Source of the DNA: a bacterium
Lineage (GTDB): Bacteria > Patescibacteriota > Minisyncoccia > Phycocordibacterales > UBA5272
Assembly (NCBI GenBank): GCA_043719155.1
Contig: JAYSUJ010000022.1
Coordinates: forward strand, 10,448-74,447
Reading direction: 5' to 3'
Length of the DNA stretch: 64,000 nucleotides
Shown in pieces: positions 43,627 through 52,901 of this stretch. Positions within the stretch are counted from its first letter, which is position 1; every line of letters starts with the position of its first letter. The notes below the pieces were generated by a model, which was not told the origin of the DNA, searched no databases, and was given only the letters and a program-made list of their open reading frames with translations. A program made the translations under genes and the position numbers.

Positions 43627-44562
43627 CTAATCTAAATATTTTCTTTTATATTTACTGTGTTCTTCAAAAGTATTGGAATAATACATTTTTCCATCACGAC
43701 CTGTTAAGTAAAATAGAAAGTCATTCTTCTTTGGTTTTATCGCAGCAGTCAGAGCCTCTATGCCCGGGTTAGAAATAGGCCCTATAGGCAACCCGGTGTT
43801 CAAGTAAGTGTTGTAATTACTCTTTTTTTTCAAATCACTATAAAGAGTTTTTTCTTTCCACAGACCATTACCATAAAGAACTGTTGCATCAACTTGCAAT
43901 GGCATATCTATTTGAAGTCTATTTTGATAAATACCAGAAATTATCTGCATCTCGTCTAAAGTTCTAGCCTCTCGCTCTAACATAGAAGCGATAATGACTT
44001 GTTCTTTGGTTGGCATTTTACCAAAAACTTTAAACATTTTTTCATTGAACTTGTCATTAAACTCTTTTAAAACTTCTTCAGTAGTCGCAAAGCTATAAAA
44101 GTAGTAAGTGTCTGGAAATAGATACCCTTCCTCGGCTTTGTCTAGAAAAACTTTTTTATCAAACTTTTTTACATACTTAGCGACTCTTTCGGCGATTTGT
44201 TTTTTCGTAAAACCTTCAGGAATAAGAACCGCCAAAGAAATAGGTTTCTTAAAAATCTCATAAATTATTTGATATGTAGACACAGCTTTTTCAAACCTAT
44301 ATTCACCAGGGTAAAACTTTGTTTTTCCAAAAATTTTTATCGTTACCTTACCCCAAAAAGCTGATCGAATAAAGCCTTTATCTTCCAAACCACTTAATAT
44401 TTCTGTTCCTGTGTCATTCTTTTCTATGGTAAAAACTTGGTCAACTGGTATATCTTTTTTAACAGAAAAAATTTGGAATAATACAAAAACTGTTGATACT
44501 ACAAAAAGCCAAAGACAGAAATAGAATACTTTAAACTTAGTGAGTCTTTCTTGTTCCCACAT
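43627..44562 (-). CDS. mltG: Endolytic transglycosylase MltG
   Basis: IPEG, EGYLFPDTY, IASMLERE, LQVDAT, GLPIGPISNPG. Confidence 0.95.
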   Translation of the reverse strand: MWEQERLTKFKVFYFCLWLFVVSTVFVLFQIFSVKKDIPVDQVFTIEKNDTGTEILSGLEDKGFIRSAFWGKVTIKIFGKTKFYPGEYRFEKAVSTYQIIYEIFKKPISLAVLIPEGFTKKQIAERVAKYVKKFDKKVFLDKAEEGYLFPDTYYFYSFATTEEVLKEFNDKFNEKMFKVFGKMPTKEQVIIASMLEREARTLDEMQIISGIYQNRLQIDMPLQVDATVLYGNGLWKEKTLYSDLKKKSNYNTYLNTGLPIGPISNPGIEALTAAIKPKKNDFLFYLTGRDGKMYYSNTFEEHSKYKRKYLD

Positions 44563-44566
44563 ATAT

Positions 44567-46096
44567 TTAAATAGGTAAGTTCTTTGGTGGATCGGCTTTT
44601 ACAGACTGGACACGACTTTGTGAGTTTCCAAAAGCTTTGCCAGGAAAATGCCAAAGGGTCACAAGTTCTTCCATGTTTAAAATAACAAAGTTCTCTTTCC
44701 TAATAGGTAGATGCCCTACACCTGTAAAATACTCTTTAACTTCTCCCCACTGAACCATAGCCCAATCCCAACTTTTACCTTTTCTCCATCTAGTCCAAAT
44801 AGTTTTTATTCCGTCCCAATTTCCAGCCTCCATACCTTCAAAGTCATACAGGCCTGCACGAAGTTTAAAAAGCATCCATGTCCAAGATCTTGTTCCCTCT
44901 GATCTAGCTCCAGTTGGATCTAGAAAAGGTGTATCTGTATCGATTGTAACTGTTTCAAACTTAAATTCATTGTAACCAGGTTTACCAAAACTCTTCATTG
45001 CACTAACCACAGAGAAAACACCTTTGTTCAAATTAAAATCTTTTTTTTCTTTTACATGGTAAAACATTCTTAGTACACAATCAAAAGCAGGTTTCTCAAT
45101 ATTTCTTTGCAACATTTCTAGTTCAAGTTTGTCAGAAGGTGTAACCTGCATAGCGTTTCGACTTTGCTCTTTAATGTCTCCCACTTTCACTTTTTTACCC
45201 TCCTTTTCTGCTGCCTCAACCTCTGCGTTTGTAAATCTTTTTATTCCTAAAATCTGGTCTATCCTGTTGCTTGTTCTTTTTTTCCATCCTACAATTCCAT
45301 GTCCCTGTGGGCTCTCTGAATCGCTAAGGGGTTCGTCAAGAGTTGGCATAATCAAAATCTGAAAGAAAAAACTCTCACCTTTACCGGCACTAGCCATCGC
45401 CTCCAAGAGAGGTGTAAGTGGGTCTATTTTATATTCCTCTTTAGGATCTCGATCTAGACCATAATCAACATAGGTTTTGATTGGCAAAATATTGTCTTTG
45501 TCCATATTCCATCTACCAACATAAAGATTACCCCCCTTTTTTTGATAATCATATTTTAAGCTATAATCAGGCTTTTCAGTTATCTCTATACCTGGATACT
45601 GCGAAAAAGCATAAGCTTTAAAAATTTCAGCATTTTTAGGCTGCGTCATCACCCAAAAAGTGATATCACCTTCCTGAGAGACAATCTCTAAAGAAGAAGA
45701 CATACGCAAGCTTCCACTGACATACTTCAAAAAAAACTCCTCCCTCATCTTATTTACCCATTTGTAAATAGGGCCGTCATTTTTCATTTGTTTGTGGCCA
45801 TGATTGTCAACTTCCTTGGTTGGCCTAGGAACCAAAATTTTTTTTGGTTTATGTCCTAACCCTTGGTTTAAAGCATTTAAAACAATCTCCATAGCCGCAG
45901 GGTTTTTATTAATTTCTTGGGGAAGTTTAATTTCTAAAAAAACCTTGCTATTATAAAATTTATTTACGAGAGTTTTTACCCTATTCACATGTAGCCACCA
46001 GGACATGACATAATTTGTACCTTTAAAAGTAAAAGCAAAGAGCAGGGCAACGGCAAAAAGATTAAAGGTTAGTGTGTAAAAAAGAACTGTGTCCAT
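44567..46096 (-). CDS. Conserved hypothetical membrane protein
   Basis: LEIKLP..PAAME, LPIKTY, EELVTLWHFP, PPKNLP resemble a CPR-conserved family (recalled); start placed at MDTVLF. Confidence 0.7.
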   Translation of the reverse strand: MDTVLFYTLTFNLFAVALLFAFTFKGTNYVMSWWLHVNRVKTLVNKFYNSKVFLEIKLPQEINKNPAAMEIVLNALNQGLGHKPKKILVPRPTKEVDNHGHKQMKNDGPIYKWVNKMREEFFLKYVSGSLRMSSSLEIVSQEGDITFWVMTQPKNAEIFKAYAFSQYPGIEITEKPDYSLKYDYQKKGGNLYVGRWNMDKDNILPIKTYVDYGLDRDPKEEYKIDPLTPLLEAMASAGKGESFFFQILIMPTLDEPLSDSESPQGHGIVGWKKRTSNRIDQILGIKRFTNAEVEAAEKEGKKVKVGDIKEQSRNAMQVTPSDKLELEMLQRNIEKPAFDCVLRMFYHVKEKKDFNLNKGVFSVVSAMKSFGKPGYNEFKFETVTIDTDTPFLDPTGARSEGTRSWTWMLFKLRAGLYDFEGMEAGNWDGIKTIWTRWRKGKSWDWAMVQWGEVKEYFTGVGHLPIRKENFVILNMEELVTLWHFPGKAFGNSQSRVQSVKADPPKNLPI

Positions 46097-46124
46097 AGTT
46101 AAAAACAGTATAGCAGGCAGTTTA

Positions 46125-46179
46125 AAAAAAACAAACAAAAAAACTTGAAAATCTTTCAAGTTTTTTTTGTTTGTTTTTT
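46125..46179. terminator. Long A/T-rich hairpin, probable terminator
   Basis: AAAAAAACAAACAAAAAAACTTGAAA..TTTCAAGTTTTTTTTGTTTGTTTTTT. Confidence 0.6.
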
Positions 46180-46191
46180 AATCTTTAACCT

Positions 46192-47232
46192 TTAAACTTT
46201 CTTTACTGAATATTTCCCATCAGTACTTTTATCAAAAAACTTTGGATTTTGTAGGTTCACAACTACGGTATTGTCTTTTACAACTCTCTCTTTTTTAACT
46301 AAATCTATAATATCATTTTTGGAAAGAGGAGTATTGGCACGATTCATCACTTCGGTGATAACATCTCGGACAATACCACCACTATGGCCCCATTCTCTTA
46401 GACCATAAATGCCACGACCAACTAAAACAAAGCGAGTGTCACGGATAAGCTCATTATGACAAGTTGCAACATGGGCTTTTCGCTTGAATTCAACAAAAAT
46501 CTCTTTCGCTACATCTCTAAAGTGCATTGGACGCCCAGACTTTCTTACCACTAAGTATGCGAAATCCTTTATACCACGAGTCTTGATGTTCGGAGAAGTT
46601 TTCTTGCCCCACTCGCCCATTTGGTTTTTACCTAAAGTTTTAGAAAGCGAGAGGTATTTGAAAAGCATCTCTTTAGACTTGTAAACCTCATGCAACTCTT
46701 CTATTTGCTTTGAAAATCTGTCAAGCAACACATCCTCAGCTATCATTTCTTCTTCAGTTATATTTTGATGCAAATTTGAAAGTCCACCATGTACTGTGTC
46801 TTTGATTTTTGAGTCAATTGACCAATGTTTGTTAAAAGTCTCGTCTTCTTTAGTAGATTTAAAATCATCATGAAGTACTAAATAAAAATGTATATGATTT
46901 TGAGTAAGCTTATCTTTTGCAATTTCATCTAAAAAAGTTTCTTCATGCACAACTCCACCAGCATCTTGCATTATTTTTTTAATTTCATCGAAAGATGTAG
47001 ACTCAGCTAAAAAGTTGTCACTTTTCTTGATCATTTTCAAAGCAAAATTCTCTATCTGTCTTACTCGCTCACGAGTGATGCCATATTTCTTACCAATACT
47101 TTCCAATGTTTTTCGGTCACCAAGCTCACTTAGTCCAAAACGCCCGACAACAACTTCTCTTGCTCTTGTGTTAAGTGGAGACAGCAAGTTTTTAGTAGTT
47201 TTTTTCGGAGAAAATGTGATTTTGCTTTTCAT
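46192..47232 (-). CDS. Sigma70 region-4-like HTH fused to winged-HTH (HARE/RNAP delta-like) domains
   Basis: RFGL..TLESIGKKYGITRERVRQIE; HNELIRDTRFVLVGRGIYGL.EWG. Confidence 0.8.
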   Translation of the reverse strand: MKSKITFSPKKTTKNLLSPLNTRAREVVVGRFGLSELGDRKTLESIGKKYGITRERVRQIENFALKMIKKSDNFLAESTSFDEIKKIMQDAGGVVHEETFLDEIAKDKLTQNHIHFYLVLHDDFKSTKEDETFNKHWSIDSKIKDTVHGGLSNLHQNITEEEMIAEDVLLDRFSKQIEELHEVYKSKEMLFKYLSLSKTLGKNQMGEWGKKTSPNIKTRGIKDFAYLVVRKSGRPMHFRDVAKEIFVEFKRKAHVATCHNELIRDTRFVLVGRGIYGLREWGHSGGIVRDVITEVMNRANTPLSKNDIIDLVKKERVVKDNTVVVNLQNPKFFDKSTDGKYSVKKV

Positions 47233-47322
47233 ATTTTTTATTTTTCTTATAAACATTATATCACAATTTGACAAAGTTAGCAACAGTGTTGTAAAAAGTT
47301 ATACACATTTTGAACCCTAAAT

Positions 47323-50244
47323 CTAGAGTACTATATTTACAATCTTGTTTTTAACTACAATAATTTTTTTAGGAGCAACTTCACCTACCCATTTTTTGTA
47401 ATTTTCCAGATCTTTCGCCAGCTTTATCACTTCATCATCGCTTAAATTTACAGCACAAGCAAAAGAGTCTCGCAACTTTCCATTAACTTGAAATGCAATG
47501 TTGGTAGTATTGGCAACTATTTTAGTTGCGTCAAACTTTGGCCAAGAAGTTTTGTGTATAGAATAGTTTGTATTAGATAGACTTTCCCAAATCTCTTCAG
47601 TAAAAAATGGACAGATAGGTGTTAAAAGTTTGAGAAGAGTCTTGTAATCTTCTAAATTAATTTTCTGACTTTTGGTTTTGTCTACGGCATTTGTAAAAAT
47701 CATCAGTTGAGCTATGGCAGTGTTAAACTGCAACTTTTCATAATCCTCTTCACACTTTTTAATAGTTTGATTCAACACTGTTTCTATGTTTTCGTCTTTT
47801 ATATCTACTTCATTTATTTTGTATTGCAAATCCCAAACTCTCTCTATAAATCTTCTTGGACCTACTATAGCCTTTGAGTTCCAATTTGAAGAGTCGTGGT
47901 ATGGGCCTGTAAAGGCCAAATAAAGCCTTAAAGTATCAGCCCCAAATTGTCTTGCTACGTCGTCTGGGTTGATGACATTTCCATATCGTTTAGACATCTT
48001 TCGCCCATCTTCTCCCATAATTAAGCCTACAGCTTCTAGTCTCTTAAATGGCTCTTTTGTGGTCAGTACATTTTTGTCAAATAAAAACAGGTTCCAAAAA
48101 CGACCATATATCAAATGTCTTGTGGCATGCTCTAAGCCTCCTAAATAAATATCTACATCACCCCAATATTTTTCCTCAACACTGCCAACCAAAAAGTTTT
48201 CATTGTTTGGGTCCATGTAGCGCAACCAATACCAACTACTTCCTGCCCATTGCGGCATAGTGTTTGTTTCTCTTTTAAATAATTCCCCCTTTAGGTCACT
48301 TACAAATTCCCCACTTTCATTTATAAAACCATAAACGTCTGTGAATTCTTTAATATTTGCAAGCGGTGACTCGCCGTCACCTGTTGGCTCATAGCTTTCT
48401 ACTTCAGGTAAAAATACAGGCAATTCAGTATCTGCAACAAGATAATTTTTCTTTACTTCGTTTCCAATACTGTCTTTCTCAATTCTAGAAACAATCGGAA
48501 AAGGTTCACCCCAATATCTTTGTCTGGCAAAAACCCAATCTCGTAATTTGTACTTTGTTACCATTTTTCCACCTACAAAATCAACAATTTTTCTGCCAGC
48601 CTCTTCACTTTTTTGTCCATCAAATTTTCCAGAATTAACTAAAATGCCATTTTCCGTAAATAGTTTACCATTTAAATATTCGTCGAAATAAAATTTATGA
48701 TGTTTGGTAAATTTTAATGAAGTTAAAATTTCTTCTTTGGTTTTCCAGTCACCAATTTTAGTTCTCTCATCTACAATTTCTCCACGCTCATCATTTTCTA
48801 AAATAACTTCAAAAATCGCATCGTGACAAAGCTCTTCAACAACTTTTCTTGGTTTGTACCCTCTACTAAAAGCATTTTCAAAAATAGTTTTAACGGACTT
48901 AATATTTTTGTATCCTGTTTCTTCTGTAACCTCTCTTCTTACAGCATCGTCAGCACTTTCTCCTGTCTCTAGGCTGCCACCCGCCATTCCCTCTTCCGCC
49001 CCAAAGTCTATTACATAATACTTTTCCTCTGACCAGTGTTTTACTATAGCTGTGGCAGCTTTAAATTCACGAATGTTTTCTTCACTTTTTGGCGTACTTG
49101 GTCCATCCATAAGTGTAAAAGGTGCTACTACTTGTTTTTTTTCAATCCCAAACATATTTGCGAACTCGGCGTCTCTTTCGTCATGTGCTGGCACAGCCAT
49201 TATTGCCCCTGCACCGTAACTTGCCAAAACATAGTCGGCAATATAAACTGGAACTTGTTTTTGGTTGGTTGGGTTTATAGCAACTACACCTTCTAATTTC
49301 ACCCCAGTTTTTTCACGGCCTTCTGCACCTCTTTCAATTTCAGTTTTATCCTTAGCTCCTAAAATATACTTTTCAACCTCAATGCTATTTGAAATTAAAT
49401 TTTTTTCCAAGTATTCTTTTACAAGTTTATGTTCTGGTGCAAATACACAGTAAGTACAGCCAAATAATGTGTCAGGACGTGTGGTAAAAATTGTAAATTT
49501 GTTTTTTACTTCTCCACAAACTAAGTCAAAAACTATTTCCGCCCCCTCACTTTTTCCTATCCAGTTTCGCTGCATCTCTTTAATACTTTCTTTCCACTCC
49601 AAATTGTCCACCCCACTTAAAAGCTGCTCTGCATAGTCGGTGATGCGTATCACCCATTGTCTAATAGGTTTTTTTTCAACTACACTACTGCAACGCTCAC
49701 ACTTACCATCTTCTAAGTCCTCATTTGCTAGACCAGTTTTACAGCTTGGACACCAATTTATCGGCTCAAAGCTCTCATAACAAAGTCCTGCTTTGAAAAG
49801 CTGTTTAAAAATCCATTGCGTCCATTTATAAAATTTAGGATCTGTAGTATTAACAGTTCTGTCCCAGTCGTAAGAGAGTCCCAACATTTTCATTTGTTTC
49901 TCGAAATTGTCAGTATTTTTTTTAGTAGAGATTTTTGGATTTATTTTATTTTTAATAGCAAATTGTTCTGCAGGTAAACCAAAAGCATCCCAACCTGTAG
50001 CATGCAAAACGTTATACCCTTGCATTCTTTTTAGACGCGAATAAATATCTGAAGCTGAGAAAATTTTAGCGTGCCCAGCATGCAAACCCTCGCCACTTGG
50101 ATAAGGAAACATGTCTAAAACATGCATCTTTTTTTTACTTAAATCTAACTCAGTTTTGTACAACTTAGCTTCTTCCCATTTTTGGGCCCATTTAGCTTCA
50201 ATATCTTTAGGACTATAGAGTTTTTTAAGATTGTTTTGTGACAT
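47323..50244 (-). CDS. leuS: Leucine--tRNA ligase with Nudix insertion
   Basis: MFPYPSG..LHAGH, FTTRPDT, GAIMAVPAHD, KMSKR. Confidence 0.97.
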   Translation of the reverse strand: MSQNNLKKLYSPKDIEAKWAQKWEEAKLYKTELDLSKKKMHVLDMFPYPSGEGLHAGHAKIFSASDIYSRLKRMQGYNVLHATGWDAFGLPAEQFAIKNKINPKISTKKNTDNFEKQMKMLGLSYDWDRTVNTTDPKFYKWTQWIFKQLFKAGLCYESFEPINWCPSCKTGLANEDLEDGKCERCSSVVEKKPIRQWVIRITDYAEQLLSGVDNLEWKESIKEMQRNWIGKSEGAEIVFDLVCGEVKNKFTIFTTRPDTLFGCTYCVFAPEHKLVKEYLEKNLISNSIEVEKYILGAKDKTEIERGAEGREKTGVKLEGVVAINPTNQKQVPVYIADYVLASYGAGAIMAVPAHDERDAEFANMFGIEKKQVVAPFTLMDGPSTPKSEENIREFKAATAIVKHWSEEKYYVIDFGAEEGMAGGSLETGESADDAVRREVTEETGYKNIKSVKTIFENAFSRGYKPRKVVEELCHDAIFEVILENDERGEIVDERTKIGDWKTKEEILTSLKFTKHHKFYFDEYLNGKLFTENGILVNSGKFDGQKSEEAGRKIVDFVGGKMVTKYKLRDWVFARQRYWGEPFPIVSRIEKDSIGNEVKKNYLVADTELPVFLPEVESYEPTGDGESPLANIKEFTDVYGFINESGEFVSDLKGELFKRETNTMPQWAGSSWYWLRYMDPNNENFLVGSVEEKYWGDVDIYLGGLEHATRHLIYGRFWNLFLFDKNVLTTKEPFKRLEAVGLIMGEDGRKMSKRYGNVINPDDVARQFGADTLRLYLAFTGPYHDSSNWNSKAIVGPRRFIERVWDLQYKINEVDIKDENIETVLNQTIKKCEEDYEKLQFNTAIAQLMIFTNAVDKTKSQKINLEDYKTLLKLLTPICPFFTEEIWESLSNTNYSIHKTSWPKFDATKIVANTTNIAFQVNGKLRDSFACAVNLSDDEVIKLAKDLENYKKWVGEVAPKKIIVVKNKIVNIVL

Positions 50245-50292
50245 ATTTTTTGTAAAATTATTCTAATTACATGATACACTATTTCACAACTT

Positions 50293-50880
50293 ATGGTCAA
50301 ATTAAAATCACCTCAAAATTTTGATGAAAAAATCACAAGTGCCATGGGGTCTGTGCCCTCTATCATAATCCACACACTTTTATTTATCACTTTTCTTTTA
50401 TCCCCGTTTTTTGGATTTGACCTAGAGAAATCACTTTTGGTTTTAACCACAGTAGTTTCTTTAGAAGCTATATACTTGGCTTTATTTATTCAGATATCCT
50501 TAAATAGGCAGAGTAAAACAATAGCCGAGGTTTCCGAAGACATTGAAGAAATCCAAGAGGACGTAGAAGATATTCAGGAAAATGTTGAAGAAATCCAAGA
50601 GGACGTAGAGGAAGTCTCAAAGGATGTAGAAGAAATTAACGAAAGTGTAGAGGAGATAGAGAAAGATGTAGACGAACTAAGTGAGGACGTAGAAGAGTTG
50701 CAAGAAGACCTCGAGGAGTCCGAAAAAGAAGATGAAAATGAAGAAAGAACTGAAAAAGAACAAGAAAGAATCGAGAATCAAAAAGAAAAGATACGGCAAG
50801 CTGACCAAAAAAAGCGTCTTGAAAAAATGGAGAATCTTTTAGAAAGTCTTTTAGGAGAAATTTCTAATTTAAAAAAATAA
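50293..50880 (+). CDS. DUF1003-like membrane protein with acidic heptad coiled coil
   Basis: LTTVVSLEAIYLALFIQ..NRQ followed by repeated VEEIQED heptads. Confidence 0.75.
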   Translation: MVKLKSPQNFDEKITSAMGSVPSIIIHTLLFITFLLSPFFGFDLEKSLLVLTTVVSLEAIYLALFIQISLNRQSKTIAEVSEDIEEIQEDVEDIQENVEEIQEDVEEVSKDVEEINESVEEIEKDVDELSEDVEELQEDLEESEKEDENEERTEKEQERIENQKEKIRQADQKKRLEKMENLLESLLGEISNLKK

Positions 50881-50989
50881 TTTTGTTTTTTAAATGATTT
50901 AGTGTAAAATGTCAATACTTGTGGTAAATCTATCACAAAGTGATTTACGCTTTGTCGGTAACCCAGATAAAACGCTAAAGGAGACATCC

Positions 50990-51370
50990 GTGTCAAACTA
51001 TGCTTTCTATTTACTGGTTCTGCTTGGTTTGTGCCACTGGCTTGGTGACTTTTCACATCTGACTACAAAATGGATGCAGGAAGCCAAGCGTTACGGACAT
51101 CCGTTCGAACCCATCCTTGCACACGCATGTGCGCACGGAGGCTTGATGTGTCTCGCACTGCAACTAAGCAGTGCAAGTCAAACCAGGATACTATGGACTT
51201 GTTTGTTTCAAGTGTTGATGCACTTTTGCATCGACATGACAAAAGGCGCGCTAAATGGGCTGTACCCCAGCTTGGAAAACCAAAGAGAGAAACCATATTG
51301 GTATATCTTTGGCTTCGACCAGTTTTTGCACTTCTTTACTATCTTGGTCATGGTTAAAGCCCTAACCTGA
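50990..51370 (+). CDS. Cassette G: DUF3307-family membrane protein
   Basis: CHWLGDF, HACAH, MHFCID, FDQFLH; SD AAAGGAG before GTG; 5' hairpin 50935-50955. Confidence 0.8.
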   Translation: MSNYAFYLLVLLGLCHWLGDFSHLTTKWMQEAKRYGHPFEPILAHACAHGGLMCLALQLSSASQTRILWTCLFQVLMHFCIDMTKGALNGLYPSLENQREKPYWYIFGFDQFLHFFTILVMVKALT

Positions 51371-51390
51371 TTTGAAGAAGGGGTGTAAGT

Positions 51391-51419
51391 GGTCGGCAAC
51401 GCAAGTTGCCGACCTTTTT
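51391..51419 (+). terminator. Terminator of cassette G (stem identical to that of cassette I)
   Basis: GGTCGGCAAC-GCAA-GTTGCCGACC-TTTTT. Confidence 0.9.
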
Positions 51420-51510
51420 ATATTTCTTTTTTTTGCATTTTCAAATCATTTCAGTTAAAATGTAAAAGCAGGAAAAAACTGCAAAACAGAAATGCATTAG
51501 GAGAGTAAAA

Positions 51511-51687
51511 GTGGACACCACCAGTACACCCTCAACCAAATTCTGCATCGGAGACCCAGGCGACGAATGCGACTCAAAGAGTTGTTCCTGCTGCAAAAAG
51601 AGCAGCAAGAAAAGCCAAACGAAGGAACTTCAAAGCCAGGGCGACAACCTAACCAAATTTGTCGTTCTATCTTTTGCAAAAAGATAA
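51511..51687 (+). CDS. Cassette H: 58-aa Cys-rich orphan peptide (not in ORF track)
   Basis: MDTTSTPSTKFCIGDPGDECDSKSCSCCKKSSKKSQTKELQSQGDNLTKFVVLSFAKR; TTGCAT-17-TAAAAT (51433-51461), SD AGGAG, terminator 51708-51747. Confidence 0.6.
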   Translation: MDTTSTPSTKFCIGDPGDECDSKSCSCCKKSSKKSQTKELQSQGDNLTKFVVLSFAKR

Positions 51688-51844
51688 ACGCAGAACATTG
51701 AATAGTGAGTGTGTAAGTCGACCACAAGTCGCTTTCACACTTTTTTTATTTAAATCTAAATTTGACTTTTTATAAATTTATAGTAAAATACTAGGACTCA
51801 TACGGCATCCGCTGTAGTGAGAATCCTAGAGAAGGAAACTGCCT

Positions 51845-52162
51845 ATGGCAGACCAAGACAAAGAGCTCGACGAAATCCTGGCAAAACTCAAGAGCGCCGG
51901 AATCGGAGTCTCCGTCATGCAAGGATGGGACGTCGCCAAGTTGTTGTCCGAAGTAACTCGCGAGGACAACAACCAGTTCCCTCCGGAACTGACGGCAAAA
52001 GCTGCTGGTATGCGCGACGCCTTCTTCCAAGAATACGAAGTTGTCGTAAAGGCCCTAGCGGTCAAACACGGCATTGATCTCCTTGATGGAAATCTCGAGA
52101 TCGCCATCGATATGGTTGAGCTCGCCAAGGCCGGCAAGTCGCAAGGTGAGCCGGCAGCCTGA
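51845..52162 (+). CDS. Cassette I: 105-aa acidic orphan protein, GC-rich
   Basis: TTGACT-16-TAAAAT (51762-51789), leader stem-loop 51791-51829, SD GAAGGA. Confidence 0.8.
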   Translation: MADQDKELDEILAKLKSAGIGVSVMQGWDVAKLLSEVTREDNNQFPPELTAKAAGMRDAFFQEYEVVVKALAVKHGIDLLDGNLEIAIDMVELAKAGKSQGEPAA

Positions 52163-52190
52163 TAGCTCTCAGGCAACTCTAGAAAAAGTA

Positions 52191-52218
52191 GGTCGGCAAC
52201 GCAAGTTGCCGACCTTTT
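52191..52218 (+). terminator. Terminator of cassette I
   Basis: GGTCGGCAAC-GCAA-GTTGCCGACC-TTTT. Confidence 0.9.
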
Positions 52219-52268
52219 ATCTTTTTCTTTATCTTTCTTTAAATATTTCAAAATATATTTATTTAAAA

Positions 52269-52895
52269 TTACTTAATTTCTGTAAATAAGTCATCTTCAG
52301 GAAATCTTGCTTTAGGATAAATTTTATCGCTCTCATCTCTATATCCAATTGCCAAAATTACTGATGGTTTAAAGATGCTTCCTAATTTCAAAACTTTTGC
52401 ATACTTTTGAGCATTAAAACCTTCCATCGGGCAAGAGTCTACTTTTAATTCCGCACAAGCTGCCAAAGCGAATCCAAGAGGGACATATGTTTGGTTTCTC
52501 GCCCAAGAAGTTTTAGTTAAAAACTTTCCCATTTTAAAAATAGAAATTACGGAAAGAAAGTGTTGAAATCCAAATGCTGCTTGAGCTAAAAAAGAATTTC
52601 CCAATCCTTTTAATTTTTCTATTCCTAGGAATCTTTTTTGCAAGTCAGTTCTTGCACAAAAAACCAAAAGGTGCGAACAAGTTTCAAGCTTACTCTCATT
52701 GTTTGGAGATACTTTTTTTAATAGTTCCAAAATGTCCTTATTTGAAATAATCTCTACATGAAAAGGCTGTGTACCAAAAGAAGTAGGGGCCATCTTTATT
52801 GCGTCCTTTATTTTTTGTAGATTTTCTTCACTTACTTTTTGATTGTTAAATTTTTTAGTCGCGTATCGCCAAGTTAGATTTTCCAAAAATGTCAT
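52269..52895 (-). CDS. Nitroreductase family protein
   Basis: WRYATKKF, APTSFGTQP, DSCPMEGF, LAIGYR. Confidence 0.93.
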   Translation of the reverse strand: MTFLENLTWRYATKKFNNQKVSEENLQKIKDAIKMAPTSFGTQPFHVEIISNKDILELLKKVSPNNESKLETCSHLLVFCARTDLQKRFLGIEKLKGLGNSFLAQAAFGFQHFLSVISIFKMGKFLTKTSWARNQTYVPLGFALAACAELKVDSCPMEGFNAQKYAKVLKLGSIFKPSVILAIGYRDESDKIYPKARFPEDDLFTEIK

Positions 52896-52901
52896 ATTGA
52901 T

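Noticed and set aside
51391-52214. CRISPR array or integron attC sites
   Set aside because: Only two copies, 800 bp apart; perfect GNRA-capped stems with T tails fit terminators; no cas or intI gene in the window.
51826-52251. Minus-strand 141-aa ORF and alternative frames over cassettes G, I and K
   Set aside because: Promoter, SD and terminator polarity all support the + strand frames called; extra open frames are expected in GC-richer DNA.
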